In this document: piece after piece, positions 39,971-50,439 of the stretch
Layout of the letters: the number at the start of each line of letters is the position of its first letter
Numbering within the stretch: the first letter of the stretch is position 1
From: Bacteroidales bacterium
GTDB lineage: Bacteria; Bacteroidota; Bacteroidia; Bacteroidales; B18-G4
Assembly: GCA_018400295.1 (NCBI GenBank)
Contig: JAGYMZ010000001.1
Span: 2,672 to 66,671, forward strand
Reading direction: 5' to 3'
DNA length: 64,000 nt
The notes under the pieces: generated by a model
The model's input: only the letters and a program-made list of their open reading frames with translations
Database searches by the model: none
What the model was told of the DNA's origin: nothing
Made by a program: the position numbers and the translations under genes

Positions 39971-40130
39971 GCCATACTTTTCTCATCTATGCCAACAAAC
40001 CACCCATAAACTTCACTTTGCCGTAGTTCACACGTTGTCCCTTTTGCCAAAAACACAGGTATGCCTGGTGCAAAAGTCCTGCTTAATCCACCGCCACGGT
40101 ATTTCCATGAATATATCGAATGGGAAGACG

Positions 40131-40152
40131 CGGTAAAATGCGCATTTTACCG
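40131..40152. repeat. perfect 22-bp palindrome CGGTAAAATGCGCATTTTACCG
   Basis: Read directly; 11+11 with no spacer. Confidence 0.9.
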
Positions 40153-40363
40153 ATGTTTATGGCTTGTTTGTCCGTCCGGGGAAGTGCATATTCCTTGCAG
40201 TTTTTTGATTTACATCCCGATCCATTTTCCAGGGAAGTATAATTGTCATATTTTTACGGATTCCCCCTGTGATATGCCCGGAAATCCGCTATTTTTGTGA
40301 TCAGGGTTTCCGCTTATCATGGTTGCGCTTGTATTTTGGTTTAGAAATCAATTTTCCTTCAGA

Positions 40364-41260
40364 ATGGTTTATACGCTCGGAGAGTCCCTGATGGATATTA
40401 TATTTAAGGATGGCCGTCCAGTGGCTTCACGGGCGGGTGGTTCCGTGCTGAATTCCGCAGTGTCCCTGGGGCGTTGTCAGGTGCCGGTCAGCCTGGTTTC
40501 GGAGCTGGGGGCAGACCGGCCTGGTGATATGATCCTGGATTTTCTTCATAAAAACCGTGTAAAAACCGATTTTGTTTACCGTTACCGCGAAGGCAAAACA
40601 CCAGTAGCCCTGGCCTTTCTGAACAGGCATAACGATGCGTCATATTCTTTATACAAGCCATACCCGGAAAAGCGGTTGCAAATTCCCCTGCCGGAATTCA
40701 ATCCGGGAGACATGCTTCTTTTCGGATCCTTTTACTCATTGACAAGCGAGGTCCGGGATAAAATTCTGGGAATGGTCCGTCAAGCCCGGAAGAACGGTGC
40801 TTATGTAATATATGACCCCAATATCCGGAGCCCCCATAGAAATCAAATGGAAACCTGGGAAAACCGGGTGAAAACGAATGTATCCATGGCTCATTTAGTC
40901 AGGGCTTCGGATGAGGATTTTATGACAATATATGGTGATCCGGACCCGGAAAATGCCTGGCGCATTTGTCGCGATGCAGGTGCAGAAGCATTGATTTTTA
41001 CACAGAACAAGAACGGTGTGCATTTGTTTGAAAAAGGCTCTGCACGGTATTTTGAAGTCCCTTTGATCACCCCGGTAAGTACGATAGGAGCCGGAGATTC
41101 TTTTAATGCTGGGGTGGTTTTTTCCCTGATCCGCCAACGCGGTGAAAAAAATCTGGAAAAAGCCGTCCGGAGCGGAATATCTTTTTCTTCAAATGTATGT
41201 ATGCGCTACGACAACTATATATCCCCGGAATTTGCAAAATCTGTGCTGTCCACCCTGTAA
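40364..41260 (+). CDS. PfkB-family carbohydrate kinase (fructokinase-like)
   Basis: GGSVLNSAV.L.R, YDPNIR, RASDED, STIGAGDSFNAG. Confidence 0.9.
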   Translation: MVYTLGESLMDIIFKDGRPVASRAGGSVLNSAVSLGRCQVPVSLVSELGADRPGDMILDFLHKNRVKTDFVYRYREGKTPVALAFLNRHNDASYSLYKPYPEKRLQIPLPEFNPGDMLLFGSFYSLTSEVRDKILGMVRQARKNGAYVIYDPNIRSPHRNQMETWENRVKTNVSMAHLVRASDEDFMTIYGDPDPENAWRICRDAGAEALIFTQNKNGVHLFEKGSARYFEVPLITPVSTIGAGDSFNAGVVFSLIRQRGEKNLEKAVRSGISFSSNVCMRYDNYISPEFAKSVLSTL

Positions 41261-41402
41261 GGCATACCTTCCCGTATATCCTTTGCGGTGGTGGGGATAA
41301 CATGCCGGCATGCATCTGTGCTGGGTTTTTGGTTCGTTAAACAACCTGGTTTTTTCAATGTGCCGGTTTGAGCTTTGGCAGAACGGAACTTATCCGGCAT
41401 TG

Positions 41403-43829
41403 TCAAATGCCTTTTCTTTTCTTTAAATATTGATAATCAAGATAGTACATTACTTTGATCGAAAACGAATTGATCATTGGATGGTCGAATGTTCCGCGGA
41501 AATTGGTGAAGAAGTCATCCGGGATTTCATTTTCGCGAATTTCCAGTTTGTTCTTGTACACAAAGAGCAGTTCACTTCCCGGGGCGAATTCCCAGGTGAA
41601 GACCATGTCAATATTAAAGGCATTAAAAGAATAATCATGACAACCTGTATAGGTGTTCTGATGGAGATGGCCTTCTGTATCCAGGTCGTAATAATCTTTA
41701 TATGCAAGGGTAAACCAATAATGACGGAGCCTCAGTGTAAGACTGGACCTTGGGGTGAAAATATAGCTTGCATCCAGGACGTTGGAAATAATATTGATGT
41801 TCCGTTTGCCAAATATTATCACATCTTCATTATAGCTATTGATGCTGTCGGTTACATATCCCAGGTCGTTATATTTCCGGTTGACACTAAAATTATATTT
41901 AAAGAACAGATGGTCGTTGATCCTCAACCTTGGTGCAATGCTGAAATTGTATGAATGTTGATCATAATCGCCGGATCTCCAGTAACCTCCGCGAAGATCT
42001 ACCACAAACCTCTTCCGGTAATCCGGAGAGAAGAAAAGGGATACATTCCTGCCTGAGGGGTATATGACTTTTCTGCCTGGAATCCGGGGCTCAAAATAAT
42101 CATGCCGTTCCGGATGGCCGCCCAGATCAATGCCTGTTGTCAGGTAGTTTTTCCATGTTGCCCTGCTGCTGACGTTAACGGATAGCGAGGAATATTCCCG
42201 GGGGGCATATAAGTAAGTCGTATGAACGGAGATTTCGTTATGAAGGCTGATCAATTTCCAAAAGGGGTCGTATAGATTATATTCGATCTCTCCGCCGTTG
42301 GAAAATTCATTATTCTTTCTGAGAAATCCCAAATCGTTGGGATCGTATGTATCGCTTTTGGAATTTTGCCATAATTCAAAACGAAAATTTCCGCTGATCT
42401 TTGATATTTCGGCATGATATAAGAATCCTGATTCCGGTGGGGCATTGGGATCATATTTCTGGCTTATGTTCAATCTTCCAAAAACAGAATACATATTTCT
42501 TTTCTCAGTAAGACGGAATTCCGTGCCGGTTACATTGGCGGTATGGTTGTTCCTTCCTCTGTAGACATTTGTATTGTAAAGACTGACGTATGAATTGTTG
42601 CTTATGGACTGATCCAAAACGAGCATGTTGTAATTTGTTGCCGGCTCGGTCAGAATCTCATTTTTGTTGCCGGTGCTGTCCCGTACCTCGGCAAACGTAT
42701 TGGAAGTAACGGCATTGAAGACACCTATTCCAAGCCCCCTGTTTGTTCTGCCGGATATTTTTGAGGCGTTGATGAGTTGGATCTCTTCCGGGTTTTTTAT
42801 GATATCCTCAGCGTTGTATTTGTTGCGTATTTCGTAATATTCCGTTGGGGTTCCACCGATGCGGCGGGAATAAAAAATGCCTCCCCGGTCGAAAAGTTCT
42901 GTTCCTTCTGTAAAGAAAGGCCTTTTTTCCTGATAATAGATTTCAAATGGCGACAAATCAACGATGACATCGTCGGATTCTACCTGCCCGAAATCCGGGA
43001 TCAGGGTTGCATCCAGGGTAAAACTTTCCGTGAGCCCCAGTTTTACATCCATGCCGTAGTTATACGAAAAGGACCAATGTTCATTGCCTGGGTTTTTCTC
43101 GGCATAACCGGCCAGGTAGGGTACAAAAGAAAGGCGTAACGGAGGTTTGATATCGTTGAGGCCGGTGAGGAGTCCCGATTGATTGAATACGTTTTCCTGC
43201 TTATTGTTGATGTAGCTCCAGGTTGACCATTCCCTGTATCTCCGGATATTTCGCCAGAAGTTCAGTCCCCATTCCTGTTTCTTTTCTTTTGGAAAACGCA
43301 GGGCAGAATAAGGTATTTCTATTTCCGCGATCCATCCGCTGTCGGTGATGGAAACGGCACTTTTCCACACAGCATCCCAGCTTTGGTCATGAAAACCACT
43401 GGCATATTTGGAATCCCCCTGTACACCGGAAGCTGTTATCCGGAATTCATAGGCGTTCTGGCCATCATCATAAGGGGTGATGTCTATGGTGAATACGTCT
43501 GCGTTCAGATTGCCTGCATCGCGAATTCCCAGTTCGGTGAGGATGCTGTCCGGGGATGAATCATAGATCATGGCACCAACGTACAATCCCTTATTGTCGT
43601 ACAGGATTTTTACAACCGTTGGCTGGGAGGGCTCTCTTCCGTTATAAGGTTCATACTGAAAGAAATTTCTCGCAGGAAAAGCTTTCTTCCAGGCCGGTTC
43701 ATCAAGCATTCCATCAATGTTTATGTCAGCGCTGATGCGCAGGGCTATTGCTTTTTTACGCTCATCCTGCCCGGAAGCGTGAAGGAAAAAGATAAACAGC
43801 ATAAAAAACCCAATAACTCTTTTCATCAT
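41403..43829 (-). CDS. CBM9-like / DUF5916 domain exported protein
   Basis: Signal peptide, IDGMLDEPAW, WIAEIEIPYSALRF, PDFGQVESD, EKRPFF.EG, YSRRIG. Confidence 0.85.
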   Translation of the reverse strand: MMKRVIGFFMLFIFFLHASGQDERKKAIALRISADINIDGMLDEPAWKKAFPARNFFQYEPYNGREPSQPTVVKILYDNKGLYVGAMIYDSSPDSILTELGIRDAGNLNADVFTIDITPYDDGQNAYEFRITASGVQGDSKYASGFHDQSWDAVWKSAVSITDSGWIAEIEIPYSALRFPKEKKQEWGLNFWRNIRRYREWSTWSYINNKQENVFNQSGLLTGLNDIKPPLRLSFVPYLAGYAEKNPGNEHWSFSYNYGMDVKLGLTESFTLDATLIPDFGQVESDDVIVDLSPFEIYYQEKRPFFTEGTELFDRGGIFYSRRIGGTPTEYYEIRNKYNAEDIIKNPEEIQLINASKISGRTNRGLGIGVFNAVTSNTFAEVRDSTGNKNEILTEPATNYNMLVLDQSISNNSYVSLYNTNVYRGRNNHTANVTGTEFRLTEKRNMYSVFGRLNISQKYDPNAPPESGFLYHAEISKISGNFRFELWQNSKSDTYDPNDLGFLRKNNEFSNGGEIEYNLYDPFWKLISLHNEISVHTTYLYAPREYSSLSVNVSSRATWKNYLTTGIDLGGHPERHDYFEPRIPGRKVIYPSGRNVSLFFSPDYRKRFVVDLRGGYWRSGDYDQHSYNFSIAPRLRINDHLFFKYNFSVNRKYNDLGYVTDSINSYNEDVIIFGKRNINIISNVLDASYIFTPRSSLTLRLRHYWFTLAYKDYYDLDTEGHLHQNTYTGCHDYSFNAFNIDMVFTWEFAPGSELLFVYKNKLEIRENEIPDDFFTNFRGTFDHPMINSFSIKVMYYLDYQYLKKRKGI

Positions 43830-43900
43830 ATACCCTTCAGCGGCATGGGGAAATTAATTACGACAATAACGTTGAATTCAGGAGAGGCAAAGGTATCAAA

Positions 43901-43918
43901 TTGTGAACGGATTAACAT
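43901..43918. promoter_or_regulatory. candidate Rex operator at the DUF5916 promoter
   Basis: TTGTGAA-CGGA-TTAACAT; -7 element CAAAGGTA at 43888-43895 (minus). Confidence 0.5.
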
Positions 43919-43970
43919 TGTCGGTTGATACTTTTCCGGAACGAATTTCCCGATCGAATCTGTGATTTTC

Positions 43971-45353
43971 CTAGGCGGATTCGTCGTGTTCTATTTTTTG
44001 AACAAACAGTTGCCCTGTTTGGTAGCTGACTACTTTAACTGCATCATTTTTTTCGATATATCCGCTTATTGCCGTTGCATCGTATACATCCTCACCGATA
44101 AGGATTTTGCCCGAAGGCCTGAGGACGGTAAAAGCCGCTCCTTCTTTCCCGATCATACCGGAATAAATCTTATCGGCGGAAGTATATCCATCGTCCCTGG
44201 ATTGGATGGCATCGAGTGCAAGATGGCCAAAAAGGTGTGTGGTAAACATTTTTTTACTTAAATAGAAAGCGCCGAGCAGGGCCAGGAAAATGGCAATGAT
44301 CACGGTAAAGAATGAGCTGATGATGCTGTTGTATGAAACCGGACTGAAGTCCCAGCCCACATTTCCAACAAGGCTGAGCATGAGCCCTGCTATGATAAAT
44401 ATGACCCCGGTGATCCCGGCCACTCCGAATCCGGGGATGGCAAAAATTTCCACCGCAATAAGGACCACACCGGCAATAAAAATAAGAATTTCCCAGTTGC
44501 TGGCAAGTCCTTCGATATACAGGGGTGCAAAGTACAGCAAGGCCGCAATAACCGATGCCATAAGCGGGAATCCGACCCCGGGAGATTGCAGTTCGAAATA
44601 TATGCCCCCAATGATGATCATGATGAGTATGCCATTGATTACCGGGTTAATAAGGAATCCGATGATCTTGTCGGTTGTGGTGATCTTTTGCTTCCTGAAT
44701 TCATAGTTTTCAATATTGTTCAATTTCATGATATCCAGTGAACCATTCACTTTACCCTCGCAAAACCCATATTTTATAGCTTCCGAGGTTGTCAATGTAA
44801 GGACCTTTCCCGAATCAACCACTCCCGGGATATAAATATCCGGATCCACCATTGCCTGAGCTATCTCCGGATCCCTGCCTTTTGCTTCAGCGGTTGCCCG
44901 CATCCAGGATCGCATATAGGATTGATATTTGTCCGGAACAGGTTGGCCACTTTGATCCACAACGGTGGCTGCTCCAATGGAAGCTACAGGGTTCATGTAT
45001 ATTTTATCACAGGCGATGGCTATCAGGGCTCCGGCGGAAGCGGCGTTATTATCAATAAAAACCCATACCGGAATTTTGGAATTTAATATTTTGGTCCGGA
45101 TGGAATCTGCCGCATCTACCATGCCACCATAGGTGTTCATATGGATCAGAATGAGATCCATTTCCAGATCCCGCGCTTCTTCCATGGCTTTTTTGGTTGT
45201 GCGCCACACCGGAGGAGCGATGTTTTCTTTTATATCAAAAGTATAGATCCTGTAGGTATGGTTTCCAGGCAAGGTAGTGTCTGGCCGTGCCTGCAGCATC
45301 CCGGTGAAGAACGACAGGAACAGGACAAAAGACGTCAAAAGGATTTTTTTCAT
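43971..45353 (-). CDS. nfeD: NfeD-family membrane serine protease (long form)
   Basis: MNTYGG, AASAGALIA, AQAM, FELQSPG, EIFAIPGFG, C-terminal OB fold LRPSGK...YDA. Confidence 0.88.
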   Translation of the reverse strand: MKKILLTSFVLFLSFFTGMLQARPDTTLPGNHTYRIYTFDIKENIAPPVWRTTKKAMEEARDLEMDLILIHMNTYGGMVDAADSIRTKILNSKIPVWVFIDNNAASAGALIAIACDKIYMNPVASIGAATVVDQSGQPVPDKYQSYMRSWMRATAEAKGRDPEIAQAMVDPDIYIPGVVDSGKVLTLTTSEAIKYGFCEGKVNGSLDIMKLNNIENYEFRKQKITTTDKIIGFLINPVINGILIMIIIGGIYFELQSPGVGFPLMASVIAALLYFAPLYIEGLASNWEILIFIAGVVLIAVEIFAIPGFGVAGITGVIFIIAGLMLSLVGNVGWDFSPVSYNSIISSFFTVIIAIFLALLGAFYLSKKMFTTHLFGHLALDAIQSRDDGYTSADKIYSGMIGKEGAAFTVLRPSGKILIGEDVYDATAISGYIEKNDAVKVVSYQTGQLFVQKIEHDESA

Positions 45354-45357
45354 GTTT

Positions 45358-45696
45358 TCAGATGGGTTTGTTATGCTTTTGCCGGTATAATTTTTTCCAG
45401 GCATTTCGTTGCCAGTAGTTCCTTTTCCAGGTTTTACCCCAGCTTATGTTTGTCCACAATCGTTCGTGAAAATAATAGAATATGATTTTTGAAAAAAATT
45501 CAACGATGGCTACGAAGGATGCTGTTTGAAATACTTCATCGAACGTTTTGTCGGAATATCGTTTAAAAATTACAAAAACGATGAGAAATGTTGTCAAAGA
45601 GGCTATAATTCTCCAGCTAAATGCTTTAACGACACTTCGCAAAGGGTTCTCTTTGGCTTTTTTCTCTTCTTTTGGAACCTTTCGGAACTTGATCAT
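45358..45696 (-). CDS. DUF2061 domain membrane protein
   Basis: RSVVKAFSWRIIAS...K...YYFHERLW..I.WG. Confidence 0.85.
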   Translation of the reverse strand: MIKFRKVPKEEKKAKENPLRSVVKAFSWRIIASLTTFLIVFVIFKRYSDKTFDEVFQTASFVAIVEFFSKIIFYYFHERLWTNISWGKTWKRNYWQRNAWKKLYRQKHNKPI

Positions 45697-45748
45697 GGTG
45701 ATAAACGATTTTTTGTAAACCAAGACAATGATAGCGGATTTTTCAATT

Positions 45749-46546
45749 TTATGCAAACGATTTTTGCAGAAGGTCCATAAAGGCGTTGTGTGTTATTGAA
45801 TTTGAAGCAATTATTTCCTGCCCGAACAAAAAATCATTCCCATTGCGGAAATCTGTAACCCTGCCGCCGGCCTGCTTGACAATAAATGCACCTGCTGCAA
45901 CATCCCAGGGATTGAGGCCATATTCAAAAAAAATCTCAAAACGCCCACAGGCAACGTATGCCAGGTCAACCGCGGCGGATCCCAGCCTCCGGATACCGGT
46001 GGTGTATTTCATGCATTTTTTGAGAAGATGTATGTAGTTGTCCAGCGCTCTGTAATCGTAGTAGGGAAAACCGGTTGCCAACAATGCGCCACTTAATTTG
46101 ACAACCCTGGACACCCTGATTTCTTTTCCGTCCAGATAGGCCCCTGCACCTTTGTATGCATAAAAGCATTCTTTGGTATTAATCTCAAATACCACACCCA
46201 TTATTGGTTCATTATGTTGCATGAGCGCGATACTGACCGAATAAATAGGGATGTGATTGATATAGTTTGTTGTTCCGTCTAACGGATCTATGATCCATGT
46301 GTATTCTTTTCGGGCATTTTTTACGGTTTTTTCTTCTGTAATGAAGCCGGAGCCGGGTATTACCGTTTTCAATTCGTCGACCAGTATTTGCTCCGCTTTT
46401 TTGTCCACATACGTGACAAAATTATTTTTGCTTTTTGTTTCAATATCCTCCGCCGACAGTTCATGAAGTTCTTTATAAATGAATTTTCCTGTAAGGCGGG
46501 CTATATTGCAAACCTTTTCTGTAATGATCTGTAAATCCATAGGCAT
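45749..46546 (-). CDS. suhB: inositol monophosphatase family protein
   Basis: WIIDPLDGTTNY, RRLGSAAVDLAYVACGRF, WDVAAG; start overlaps the mtaB stop (TAATG). Confidence 0.9.
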   Translation of the reverse strand: MPMDLQIITEKVCNIARLTGKFIYKELHELSAEDIETKSKNNFVTYVDKKAEQILVDELKTVIPGSGFITEEKTVKNARKEYTWIIDPLDGTTNYINHIPIYSVSIALMQHNEPIMGVVFEINTKECFYAYKGAGAYLDGKEIRVSRVVKLSGALLATGFPYYDYRALDNYIHLLKKCMKYTTGIRRLGSAAVDLAYVACGRFEIFFEYGLNPWDVAAGAFIVKQAGGRVTDFRNGNDFLFGQEIIASNSITHNAFMDLLQKSFA

Positions 46547-47850
46547 TATTCTCTTGACGTTTCGTTGCAAAAAAATATCCCGTTGTTGTCCATCCTGTTT
46601 ATGGTTACCGGTATTATTTTATTAACGAAATCAGGGTTGTAAGGTCGTTTAACACGAATATAATTGTCCGACCATCCATACATATGGCCTTTCTGTATGT
46701 CCGATTCGAAAAGGACCGGCACCTTTCTGCCCCTGTTTTTCCCATAGAAATATTGTTTCTTTTTGGCAGATAAGATGTGCAGGTAATGGCTGCGGGATTT
46801 TTTCTCCCTGGGCGGCACCTTGTTTTTCATCCGGGCAGCTTTGGTGCCGGGGCGCTCGGAATAGGTGAAAACATGGACATAAGAAATATCCAGGGAATCA
46901 ATGAAATTGCAGGTTTCCTTGAAATTCAAATCAGTTTCTCCCGGAAATCCTGTGATGACATCTGCAGCAATGCATGCATGAGGCATGGTATCTTTGATCC
47001 TTCTGACGCGGTCACGGTAAAGTTCCGTATCGTAGTTGCGGTTCATTAGTTTCAGGATGGCATCGGAGCCGGACTGAAGGGGTAAATGAAGGTGGGGCAT
47101 GAATTTGCCGGACGATGCAATATGGTCTATTATTTCATCCGTCAGCAGATCGGGTTCTATGGAAGATATGCGGATCCGGTCTGCGTTATCCAGATTTTCC
47201 ATTGCGCTCATCAGGTCTGACAGGTTTTCCTTGGTGTTTTTTCCATAGTCGCCGATGTTGACCCCTGTAAGGACAATTTCCCGGGCATTCGTTGCCGCTG
47301 CTTTTTCAGCCAATTTCATGGTTTCTGAAACCGGCTGGCTGCGGCTGCGGCCCCTGGCCATGGGAATTGTGCAATAGGAGCAAAAATAATCGCAACCATC
47401 CTGTACCTTCAAAAAGGAACGTGTCCGGTCGCCGGATGAAAAGGCGGGAAAATAATCCGTATGGGTCTGTACGTCCGAAACATGCATCCCTTTGGTTTTC
47501 GCCGTCCTGAATAATTTCAGGCATTCCTGCAAGGCAAATTTTTCCGCATTGCCGATGATCATGTCGGTTTCTTCCAGACCCGCAAGATATTCCGGCTGTA
47601 ATTGTGAATAGCATCCCATTACTGCAACGATGGAATCCGGGTTTTTTCTTTTGGCCTGCCGTATGGCTTTGCGGCATTTGCTTTCGGCCTGTGAGGTGAC
47701 CGCGCATGTATGGATCACATAGATGTCGGCTTTCTCGTCAATGGCAACGGGATTATAACCATTCTCCGCCAATTCCCTTGACAAGGCTGATGATTCGGAA
47801 AAGTTCAGTTTGCATCCGAATGTTTTGAATGCGACCCGGGCCTTGTTCAT
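46546..47850 (-). CDS. mtaB: tRNA t6A37 methylthiotransferase
   Basis: FGCKLNFSES, CAVT, GCYSQ, KVQDGCDYFCSYC, RGRSRS. Confidence 0.93.
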   Translation of the reverse strand: MNKARVAFKTFGCKLNFSESSALSRELAENGYNPVAIDEKADIYVIHTCAVTSQAESKCRKAIRQAKRKNPDSIVAVMGCYSQLQPEYLAGLEETDMIIGNAEKFALQECLKLFRTAKTKGMHVSDVQTHTDYFPAFSSGDRTRSFLKVQDGCDYFCSYCTIPMARGRSRSQPVSETMKLAEKAAATNAREIVLTGVNIGDYGKNTKENLSDLMSAMENLDNADRIRISSIEPDLLTDEIIDHIASSGKFMPHLHLPLQSGSDAILKLMNRNYDTELYRDRVRRIKDTMPHACIAADVITGFPGETDLNFKETCNFIDSLDISYVHVFTYSERPGTKAARMKNKVPPREKKSRSHYLHILSAKKKQYFYGKNRGRKVPVLFESDIQKGHMYGWSDNYIRVKRPYNPDFVNKIIPVTINRMDNNGIFFCNETSRE

Positions 47851-47888
47851 GGCCCCAAAGATACGATGAATAACGTTGGGATCACTGA

Positions 47889-48800
47889 TCAGGGTGTGTT
47901 TCTTTTCCTTACATTGATCTGTTGAAGCAGTATGCCGGCTACAATAAAAATCAATCCTGTCCAGGTAGTGTCCATGATCTTTTCTCCCACGGCAATGGAA
48001 ACAAAAACAAGCGACAAAAACGGGGAAAGGTATATCAAATTACCAATCTTAGCCGTTGTGGAAGAAAGTTTTAGTGCCCTTAGCCATAGGACAAATGTGA
48101 GGCCCATTTCGAAAACCCCGATATAAAAAACGCCTAAGTATCCTTCTGCAGGGAGTATCCTGATGGAGTTTGTCAGCAGCGCTGTTATGAGGATATAAAT
48201 GAAGCCAAATAAAAAGTTTAGCAATAGTTTGGGTATTTCATCCCGTTTGTCTTTCATGTTCAGGATCCAAAAAGTAGCCCAGATGAATGAGCTGCCCAGG
48301 GCCAGGATAACGCCCAGTTCATTTGAAAGGCGGATCCCGGAAAAATCTCCTTTGGTGGCAATGATCACAATGCCAAAAAAACTGATCAACAGGGCCGATA
48401 TGCTCTTTATGCCGATCTTTTGCTTCAGCAAAGGGATGGATAATAAAACCAGGGCCAGTGGCCAGGTATAGTTCAGCACGACCGCCTCCTGTGCAAAAAG
48501 GATGTCATAAGCCTTGATCAGGACCATGTAATACAGGTAGGGATTCAGAAATCCGTACAGGGCTGATTTAAGGACATCCTTGCCGGTTGTCCGTGCGGGC
48601 GGATATGTTTTATTCCGGGCCTTCAAAATCAGAAAGAGCAGGATGACAGCTATAAAAGAAGAATAAAGCACCAATTCGATAAATGAAACGTATCGCAATG
48701 TGATTTTAAAAGCGGATCCTATTGTCGACCAGAAAGTAACGGCCAGCAAGGCCAGCAGTATGGCTGTTTTTTGATCTTTTATCCGGTTATTCTTGCCCAT
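47889..48800 (-). CDS. DMT/EamA family transporter
   Basis: About 10 hydrophobic segments in two repeats; NYTWP, YLSPF. Confidence 0.88.
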   Translation of the reverse strand: MGKNNRIKDQKTAILLALLAVTFWSTIGSAFKITLRYVSFIELVLYSSFIAVILLFLILKARNKTYPPARTTGKDVLKSALYGFLNPYLYYMVLIKAYDILFAQEAVVLNYTWPLALVLLSIPLLKQKIGIKSISALLISFFGIVIIATKGDFSGIRLSNELGVILALGSSFIWATFWILNMKDKRDEIPKLLLNFLFGFIYILITALLTNSIRILPAEGYLGVFYIGVFEMGLTFVLWLRALKLSSTTAKIGNLIYLSPFLSLVFVSIAVGEKIMDTTWTGLIFIVAGILLQQINVRKRNTP

Positions 48801-50326
48801 TCGGGAAATACATTTAGATCGATGTCGAATACAAGGTATCCAATAAAATAGACGGCCAAGGTAACAATGATCGCTCCGATAAAATTCAGGACAAGACCCG
48901 CTCTGGCCATTTCAGGAATGCGGATCTTTCCCGTACCGAAAATAATGGCATTGGGAGGTGTTGCGACAGGCAGCATAAAGGCCATGGAGGCTGAAAGGGT
49001 GGCCGGGATCATCAGGAAAAGCGGATTGATCTCGATGGATACGGCCAGCCCGGCTAAAACCGGGAGCAGCATCTCTGTGGTGGCTGTGTTGGAGGTTAGC
49101 TCCGTCAGAAATGTTACCATGATGGAAATGCAAAATATAACGATCAGGGGGTTCATGCCCCCAACCCATTTTAGCTGATTGCCGAACCACAGAGATAGTT
49201 CCGATTCTTTAAATCCGCTGGCCAGTGCGAAACCGCCTCCAAACAAAAGGACAATGCTCCATGGCAACTGCCGGGCCGTTTCCCAGTCCATGATCCTTCC
49301 ATTGCTTTGCTTGCCTGCCGGAAAAACAAAAAGCAGGATGGCAATAAAAATAGCAACCGTCCCGTCGTTGATGTATTCCGGCTGGTTAAGCCATCCCGAC
49401 CAACCCGGGATCAACACGGGTCCGGCCTGAATGTCCGCTCTGGTCAGCCACAGCACAGCAACACTGATGAATGCGGTCAATACGACTTTTTCTTCATACG
49501 TTTTCCTGCCCAATGTTTTATAATGTTCTTTAAAGGTGGTGGGACTGAGATATTTCCAATTTTTCTTATCCGGCCGGAAGAGGACCTGGAGATAAACCCA
49601 GGTAATCAAGAACAGTACGATCGTTAGGGGAATGGCGAAAATAAACCATTGGGCAAAACTAATTTCCGGCGCTTCGGGAAAATAGATCTGAAATATCCTG
49701 GCAAAAGAAAGGTTTGGCGGCGTTCCGACAAGTGTGGCCACACCGCCGATGGAAGCACTGTAGGCAATGCCCAGCAGCAATCCCAAACTGTATTTTCGGA
49801 TTTCGGATTTTCCAATGCGGAATTCAAGTTCACCGATGATGGAAATGACAATGGGGATCATCATCATGGCCGTTGCGGTATTGGATATCCACATAGACAG
49901 GAAGGCCGTGGCAAGCATAAATCCAAGCAGGATCCTCGATGGGCTCGTGCCTGTGAGCATCATGATGCGCAATGCTATTCTTTTGTGCAGATCCCATTTT
50001 TGCATAGCCAGGGCAATGATAAATCCCCCGATAAACAGAAAAATTATATGGTTAAAATATGTGGAAGCGACCGCTTTACCGTCCATGATCCCAAAAATGG
50101 GGAAAAGGGCCACCGGGAGGAGGGAAGTCACGGCCAGGGGCACTGCCTCGGTAATCCACCAAATAGCCATGAATGCAGCTATAGCCAGGGTATTGGTGAC
50201 CGCTGGGTTTTCCGGCGCCAGATTTCCAAACAGCATGATTGCCAAAGCGGATGACGGGCCAAGGATCAGTCCGGTTGTGGAAAAAAGACTGGCTTTATGC
50301 AGTTTTGGAGAAATGGATGCGGACAT
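48779..50326 (-). CDS. DASS/SLC13 sodium:di/tricarboxylate (or sulfate) symporter
   Basis: WWITEAVP, SMWISNTAT, GTPPN, TSNTAT, AFMLPVATPPNA. Confidence 0.92.
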   Translation of the reverse strand: MSASISPKLHKASLFSTTGLILGPSSALAIMLFGNLAPENPAVTNTLAIAAFMAIWWITEAVPLAVTSLLPVALFPIFGIMDGKAVASTYFNHIIFLFIGGFIIALAMQKWDLHKRIALRIMMLTGTSPSRILLGFMLATAFLSMWISNTATAMMMIPIVISIIGELEFRIGKSEIRKYSLGLLLGIAYSASIGGVATLVGTPPNLSFARIFQIYFPEAPEISFAQWFIFAIPLTIVLFLITWVYLQVLFRPDKKNWKYLSPTTFKEHYKTLGRKTYEEKVVLTAFISVAVLWLTRADIQAGPVLIPGWSGWLNQPEYINDGTVAIFIAILLFVFPAGKQSNGRIMDWETARQLPWSIVLLFGGGFALASGFKESELSLWFGNQLKWVGGMNPLIVIFCISIMVTFLTELTSNTATTEMLLPVLAGLAVSIEINPLFLMIPATLSASMAFMLPVATPPNAIIFGTGKIRIPEMARAGLVLNFIGAIIVTLAVYFIGYLVFDIDLNVFPEWARITG

Positions 50327-50439
50327 TGAGATGGATTAATGAGCGAATATACAAAAATGCCGGTTTAAACAAAATCATCATATCTTTCCTGCCAATTCGG
50401 AATATTTTATAGTTTTGCTTTTCTCATAAAGATTTTATT

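Noticed and set aside
39971-40363. Track ORFs 39897-40136 and 40061-40300 in the SDR-pfkB gap
   Set aside because: No recognisable domains or composition bias; treated as non-coding
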